Source of the DNA: the human T2T-CHM13v2.0 reference genome, Homo sapiens
Direction: 5' to 3' (one strand)
NCBI RefSeq assembly: GCF_009914755.1
Contig: NC_060926.1
Length of the DNA stretch: 64,000 bases
Below the pieces are notes generated by a model. It did not search any database. It was not told where the DNA came from and saw only the letters and a program-made list of their open reading frames with translations. The first letter of the stretch is position 1; every line of letters starts with the position of its first letter. Shown here piece after piece: positions 57,895 through 64,000 of this stretch. Made by a program: the position numbers and the translations under genes.

Positions 57895-58564
57895 TGGCCT
57901 TACTTTTTAATTCAGAAATTAAATACACCACTTTGAAACAAGATAATATATCAACCTCTAGTAACAGATTTCTTCTGAAAAGGTGTTCCTAACAAAACCT
58001 GGAAATGACCATACCCTGGCACCTGCTGAGGGGCTCTGCCTGTCAATGGCATGGCTTCAACTGGAAGTCAATGATAACAGATATGTCATTATCCCTATGT
58101 GATATCCAGGATCTAACCCTGTCCATTCTAGTTGCTTCTGATGTTCCACCTTAGAATAATTGAATTCTAATGGATAATGACCAATTACTTTTCACTCATT
58201 AGTTTGAGAAGTGGTGTCCTCACTCACATGAAACGGAGAGCTTGCATGCTTATGTTCAATAAACTAACAGGCATGGCTACCAGTCACCACTACTAAGGAG
58301 GAGTCTTTGTCAAATTAGAAGTACTATTTCAGGGATTTGTGCATGTAGATTCACTGTTGAAAGAAAATGATCTATTGTCATTCCAGACATCCCATCTTGC
58401 TTCTGCATAATATTTTCAGACTACAGAAAAGAATAAAGAGAAGATAGATCTCTTTAGTGTGTTGTTCTTTTACAGCTGCCCAATGCTAAAGCAGATTTCA
58501 AAAGTTGCAGGCTATCCTTTTTTTTCCCAAACATAATTAGAGCACTTAGCCAAACATGTATGCA

Positions 58565-59013
58565 TATTGTAGCTGTTGACTATTGCCGAAAACACAAAAT
58601 TTCAGAGGCACAAAATTTCATTGGCATACAAAATAAACATTTGCTTTTTATCCATCCATGGTCAACTGGGACAGCTCATTCAAATCCCACTCTTGGAATG
58701 GTGCCACAATTCCACTGGATGGCTCTACTTTCAGGTCTGAGTCCACCTGAGCTTGGTTAGGGAGGCTTGGCTTCACGTAAGTTCATTATTCCTGAAGGGA
58801 TAGCAGCTACCCCAGGGTATCTTTTCTCACAACGATAACAGAGCAAGAGGGAAGAATGAGATGTCTTTGAAGGCTTAGACTAAAAACTGGTGCACTTTCA
58901 CTTCCAGCAATATTTTTTGTTTAAAAAGAAATCAAATCAAACAGCAGTGAAGTAAAGGGACAGGAACATGTACTCCAACTTTAGTGGGAGGAAGTTAAAG
59001 TGTGTGTATATGG
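58565..59013 (-). mobile_element. MLT1 (I/J-like) LTR, split by a provirus; remainder at ~61421-61468
   Basis: AACTGGTGCACTTTCACTTCC..TACTCCAACTTTAGTGGGAGGAA. It resumes after the provirus as GAGTGAACATTTGGAGCCAAAAAATCAATCT. Confidence 0.6.
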
Positions 59014-61420
59014 TGTTTCTTAAAGTTTAAAGATCCTTTTGATAAAAACAACAAATCATAAAAACACTCTAGTAGATGAAAGACAGAATTCTTTTACTGA
59101 CAACTCCAAATTTTTCAGGCAGGGCCACCTAGGGAGTTGCATCCAGAGAAAGGGTAACAGCAAGCTGAAGCTATGGTGGGGCAATTTATATAACAAGTAG
59201 AGTGGATTCAACTAGCTTCCCAGGATCCTTGTGCATTGGCTAACTTGAACAATTTCTCAGGCTCCAGGGCTTAGGGAGTGTGTCTAGTTGCCTGATACCT
59301 GGCCCTGGGGCAACTGAGGAGCCTACATAGTGGCCAAGAGTTTGAAAGCTCAATAAGGGGAGTGATTGGCTTGGGGAGTGGACTTAATCAGCTGCCAAGA
59401 AGGGAAACTGACTACCCTCTAGCCTGGGCCTCAAAACTGGGTCCAGACAGTGATTAAACAACAGCAGAAACTGTTACAATCTACCGCTTAAAGTCTTGAC
59501 ATCAGTTTTGAGCTTATTTGGCATATTTCAATGGCCAAATAGTAGCAAAGACTTTCACAGAGTAGAGTATAAATTGTCCAAAGAGCATAGAAGACATTTT
59601 ATTATGGGAGTAAATAGGAGAAAAACATATAGAAGAATAAAGAGTCCTTGTAGGCCAGTCCATCACCAAGATCTCCATTTTATGGCATTACTAAGAAAAC
59701 AGAGCTGGAATTTCTGGGGTCCCTAACAAGATCTTGGTGGAGTTGTAAAATGTTTTAAAAGTACCAATTATGTGGTTTTATGATAATAATATCTTGATGT
59801 ATCCTTGGGTCAAGGTGGTAGTTCCAGTAGTTACCTTGTAGAGGGTATACAGTTAGTAAAGCATATGTAAAGGTTAGTGATATTTGTTTGAAACCAAGTG
59901 AAGAGGTGGTTGTGGTCATGTTCAGAAATGCAGAGTGGGAGGTCGTGGTGGTGAGTTGAAGTGGGAAGAGTAGGGAGAAGGCACTGGGAAATGGGAAGTT
60001 CACTCCCCAAGGGAGTCAATGGGTGGACTGATATGAGGTAGTTTCCTTTCTGGGGAAAGTAGTAATCTTCTTTAATGTTTAGAAAGGCACAGATGCTAGT
60101 AACTGCTACAAGTTCTTCCTTAAGGCATAGGAGTTTAGGAGTGTATGTTTTTACAGAGAGCCATGAGTACACACAGAGGTCAGATATATGTAACTTTCAA
60201 AATAGCCAAGGGAATTGGGAACAATATTTAAAATTAGTGTTACATATGTTGGGCCTTGAATTAAAAAATTAAATTATGGGGCAAGATACAGATGCATTTA
60301 GGAATTCATTTGTCATTTTGTAACTTATATAGGAGTTCTTTGATAGGCCCATTTAGGTCTCCCAATTAAATTAGCTGTCTGGGACCTATCCCAGAGAGAA
60401 AAGTTCCATTGAATGCCTTTTGTAAGAGCCCACTATTGTGTATTCTGAAATGTGAAATGTGTGGCTTAGTCACTGTCAGTAATGTCTGACACGTCAAAGG
60501 GAATAAGAAGTATCCCAGGAAGACTCTGTATTGTGGCCTTAGTATAAATAGCAACATGTGTAACCTTGATATATATTTTGGATACTTGTGAAGCAAGAGA
60601 TTCTCAAAGTTCTTTACTCTGAAGGGGACAACTCTCAGGCAATGTTTCAAAAGTTTGCAAAAATGTGGAGATGGAGCCATTTGCTGACTATGATATCTAG
60701 TGTTAAGATGACTACCTAGTTTGGGCAAGCGACATGACCCTTGGGTTTCATTCTTTATCTGGAACATTCTGGGTAAAAAATGGAAAGCAGCAATATTTCC
60801 CTGTGCTCCATCATGTATGACAGTGACAATGCTATTGTACACTCTACAAACTCCCACTGCTGTTCACTCAGTTAATCATAAGTGGCTCTCAGATATCTAA
60901 AGGGCTTGGAAGAGGGGTAAACTTCTCCAACACCATGGCATCTGGCAAGCGACTGAGGACATTGGAGGCCATCCCCTCTTGCAAGTGGAATATGCCAGAG
61001 GGCTGAGATTTACTCCATTCTACATCGAGAAGTCCTTTGTAGCTGTGCCCAACTTGTCTGGTTCTGCTTCTGTGACTCAAAACATAATTGGCAGCTTGAT
61101 ATGAAGAGTCACAGACTTAAGGTCTGTAAAAGCCTCTATTTCCAGGAGATACCAGTATGTGGCCAGCATGTTCCTCTCTAATGGAGACTAGCACAAGAAT
61201 GAGTAGGATTGGCCAATTTGCATAATTTCATTGGCTCAGGGACATAAAGGCTGTCACTAATTGTCTGATAGCTGGCCCTAGAGTGATTTAGGCAGGTGCT
61301 TACTGGTCTCAAGTGTGAAAATACAGTAAGGCAAATACTTAGCTGTTCGAAAGGGGGAACTGACCAGCCTCTAGTCAAAACCACAAAACTGGGTCAAGAT
61401 AGCGTTTCAAATAAACTACA
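59014..61420 (-). mobile_element. Internally deleted class III ERV provirus (LTR53/MER73/MER54/MER74 group)
   Basis: Two related LTR starts (minus-strand TGTA..TGACCCAGTTTTG..CTAGAGG..GTCAGTT at 61420 and 59478). Degenerate polypurine tract at 59479-59490. Flanks TATGG/TAGGG form a 5-bp TSD with one mismatch. Confidence 0.75.
59582..59677 (-). pseudogene. env TM-subunit-like remnant (membrane anchor)
   Basis: Translates as WRSW*WTGLQGLFILLYVFLLFTPIIKCLLCS, ending ~100 bp upstream of the PPT/3' LTR. Confidence 0.5.
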
Positions 61421-62503
61421 TAGGGGTATGAGTGAACATTTGGAGCCAAAAAATCAATCTGTTATACATAGGCACTACTACAAAGATTCTTCAGTATCCA
61501 AATTATTATAATTTAAGCTGAAGAGTGTGTTGGGGATGGTGGTAGAATAAACTCACCAAATAACTAATAACTAATGGCTACTAGGTAACAGAAACTATGT
61601 GAAACACTGAGCTGAAAATGACTGCTGCTTAACAATGAGATCTTTCCTGTTTTTCATAGCCCCTTTGAAAATATTTTATTGCTAAATCTTGTATACTATA
61701 CCGACAATTAACAGGCTTTAAATATACATAATTATAGCCACTTTTAAAGTAATAGCTTAATTGATAGCAGTAATATGTTTCCAAAATCTATCTAAACTAT
61801 GCTTTCTTGGCCCCTTTTTTTTTTCTATTTTGACTTTTTAAAACTTCTGTATTCAGTCCCTCAATCTAAACAACTATTACCTCAGTAGACTTGCAACCAG
61901 GTCTTTATGTTCTTGTAATTTGAAACTTTTAAATTTTAACAACTATTTGGAAAATCATCATCTCCTTTATTTGTTTATGATGAGTTACTTAATATAAATT
62001 TGTTTATATTTTATCATAATCACATATCAAAATGACTTTGTTTTATTCTCCTTTTCACTTAATAATGTTTATTTCATTTTTTTCCCTTACTAAATTAATT
62101 GAAAATTCTAGGCTTTTATTTACTGAGCATAGTTTGATGATTATATCATTACATGTATCCATGTTTATTTGTATTATGAAAAATTACACGAAGTCTGTAG
62201 CATGTGTTTACTTTTGAAGTAGGAAGTATGGGAAATGACAAGTCTTTGCTTGCTTTATAACATGTTATATTACCATGTGTCTAAGGACATATCTTCCTTT
62301 CGTTCTATCAGAGACAGATCTTTCTTTAATTCTACAGGCTTAGTCAAATGTCATAACTTCCAGTAATTCTGGTAAGTACACCAACCTATCCACCAGTTCT
62401 TGATAGTTCACCCAATTTTCTATTTTTAAATAAAATGATGAGTTAAATATATTTCCAAACAAATAAAGCATTTATATATTTCAGTTTAAACAAAGCATTT
62501 ATT

Positions 62504-62967
62504 TGTGGTGAAAAAGAAAGATGATGATGTATCTGGAATTCTAGCTGTTCTTAACAACGTGGGACGAAGGAAACTTTCAGTACATGGGTTTAATTGTCGA
62601 TACAAAGATGGGCTGCTCAGTCCTTCAAGGAGGGACTTACAAACCAGCTTGAAACTCCTGCAGGGTCTGCCTCAACCACAGACAACCTATTAGAGGTCAC
62701 ACATGTGTCAGGGCAGCTCCATCTGGTGAATGAATGAGACAGAGAACAAAGGCCTTTGCCATTTTGACCTTAAGAGGGTCACTTCCGCAGGCAATACTCC
62801 ATAACTCGTTGCTAGCTTTTCTGATGTTTTGTCAAATCTGCATTTTTGTTTGACTCTTCCTTAGCCTGATACTGATTTCTGACATCTCTCTTCACATGTA
62901 GTGAGTCCTAATAAACATCCTGTACCCCATACTTTGCTTCTATTTCCAGAGAACACAATTGGTGACA
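62504..62967 (+). mobile_element. LTR16-type (LTR16C-like) solo LTR
   Basis: TG start. Ends CTAATAAACATCCTGTACCCC..TTCCAGAGAACACAATTGGTGACA. Confidence 0.6.
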
Positions 62968-63214
62968 TATCAAAGTAGGAACATTCTGGACTCTATGATT
63001 ATAGTCCTAATTCATATCTTGAATTTCAAGCATTAGCAACTTCAGGAAACCCAAGTGGTTCAGCATATTTTCACTATAAATCAAATATGTAAAGTCGATG
63101 TACAATCACTGGCCCTTGTTGGAATTATTTAGAAAGTCCAAAGTCTCTTAGAAAGCAGAAAATATATCTATGGATTTCTGCTTATTAATGCATTCATTTA
63201 AATATCTGAGCATT

Positions 63215-63340
63215 ATTCATTCACTCACTCACTCATTCTTTCAAACAAATTTTATTCCCAGCTGTATGCTGGCTGTCTTGTTAAGTGCAGGGATACAGAG
63301 ATAAATACATGATCTCTGTCATTAAGGCACCTAATGATGA
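63215..63340 (-). mobile_element. L2 3' end fragment
   Basis: ATTCATTCACTCACTCACTCATTC..AACAAATTTTATT..GGGATACAGAGATAAATA. Confidence 0.65.
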
Positions 63341-63410
63341 CAGAGATAAATATAATACATAATTTCGAAAGCACGTGTATTAGAATTAGTTTTAGTGTTT
63401 TATCCATTTT

Positions 63411-63884
63411 TGTTTCTGTTTTTGTTTGGCTGCTGTAACAAATTACCACAAGAATAGTGGCTTAAGACAACACAAATTTATTGCTTGCAATTCTGGAGGG
63501 ATGGAAGTCCAAATTCATTCTCACCCGGCTAAAGTTAACAATTTTGTGGGGCTGGTTCTTTCTAGAGGCCTTGAGAGAATCTGTTTTCTTGTCTTTTCCA
63601 ATATTCAGTAGCTGTCTGCATTCGTTAGTCAATAGCCTCTTCCTCTTATTCCTCCAGTCTTTCTTTCACTTCACGTCTCTTATTACTTACCCTGACCCTC
63701 TTGCCTTCTGCTCATATGGACTCTTGTGACTACATTGGGCCTACCTAGATAACCAGGATGATCTCCAAAACCCAAGAGCCTTAATTTAAGCACAGCTGCA
63801 ATGTCCCCTTTACCATGAAAGGCAAAACTTATAGATTCTGAAGATTAGAACATTAACCTTGGGGGCCATTATTCAGCCTACCAC
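63411..63884 (-). mobile_element. MLT1 (C/D-like) solo LTR
   Basis: GCTGCTGTAACAAATTACCACAA..AGTGGCTTAAGACAACACAAATTTATT...GGGGCCATTATTCAGCCTACCACA. Confidence 0.9.
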
Positions 63885-64000
63885 ACTACTTAACTATGTG
63901 GGTAGAGACAAGGGCAGGTACGAAGTCAGAATATTGCTGCTAAGAGCATCCTAAGGTATTGAGGAAGGTGCTGAATAGTAGGTCAGTAAACTTTGCCAAA

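Noticed and set aside
60366-60857. Longest ORF (163 aa) as a functional gene
   Set aside because: It lies inside the decayed provirus, has no recognisable motif, and neighbouring frames are broken.

Overview
AT-rich, CpG-depleted primate (very probably human) genomic DNA, intergenic or deep-intronic. I find no credible protein-coding exon, CpG island, rRNA/tRNA gene or CRISPR array. The supplied ORFs are chance frames or come from Alu, L1 or ERV sequence. Much of the window is interspersed repeat: about ten Alus (several with readable target-site duplications, TSDs), old and young L1 pieces, L2/MIR/L3 fragments, DNA transposons (MER2, Tigger1, MER1B), MaLR LTRs (THE1, MST, MLT1), LTR16-type LTRs, an ERVL-type pol fossil, and a short two-LTR class III provirus with an env-TM-like remnant. 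The most notable items are: (i) that provirus at 59.0-61.4 kb; (ii) three well-bounded candidate non-coding exons at 44.5-47.3 kb that, from memory, resemble the GUSBP/SMA4-type duplicon transcripts; (iii) an Alu with an internal 62-bp triplication nested in a Tigger1/MST composite; (iv) several fold-back scars. Family names come from recalled consensus sequences, not a search, and boundaries of old elements are approximate. I do not see evidence for a novel biological system.
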